The notes under the pieces were generated by a model that worked only from the letters and a program-made list of their open reading frames with translations, was not told the DNA's origin and did not search any database. A stretch of DNA of 64,000 nucleotides from Camelus ferus (Eukaryota): the NCBI RefSeq assembly GCF_009834535.1, contig NC_045697.1, positions 52,640,001 through 52,704,000 on the forward strand, written 5' to 3'. The translations under genes and the position numbers were made by a program. This document shows, one piece after another, positions 63,867-64,000 of the stretch; position 1 is the first letter of the stretch, and the number at the start of each line of letters is the position of its first letter.

Positions 63867-64000
63867 AGTGTAGAAAGCTAATAAAATAATAATATAGACA
63901 AAAGAAAAACTACATAACATATGTAACCTGACTTTTACTAGAGCTTTTGATAAATTATTATACTCAACAATAGAAATGTTTCAGAATACTTTATAGAAAC

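Noticed and set aside
63900..63960. Possible CR1/L3 RT relic (DF..AFDK-like)
   Set aside because: Too short and degenerate to support.
1..64000. CRISPR arrays, operons, rRNA or other prokaryotic systems
   Set aside because: The sequence is mammalian, with no spaced direct-repeat array and no dense coding.

Overview
Mammalian non-coding DNA, AT-rich and CpG-depleted. It is almost certainly camelid (alpaca/llama/camel), judged from two Vic-1-like tRNA-derived SINEs and artiodactyl-type L1 3' ends. I recognise no host protein-coding gene, and all convincing ORFs are LINE-1 remnants. A large share of the window is layered interspersed repeat: MIR, L2, old and young L1, HAL1, MaLR/ERV1 LTRs, hAT DNA transposons and an ancient AmnSINE1. 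L1s and LTRs lie mostly on the + strand and several well-formed splice signals lie on the - strand, which suggests a long intron of a minus-strand transcription unit. The most unusual signals are three L1 insertions that keep their 5' ends but lack the body or 3' end (one possibly a spliced retrocopy), an AmnSINE1 core, a MER41-like LTR, a hairpin inside a candidate exon, possible recursive splice sites and a CRE/X-box/TATA candidate promoter. I did not find a demonstrably new biological system. Repeat family names come from my recall of consensus sequences, not from a database search, and boundaries without TSDs are approximate.
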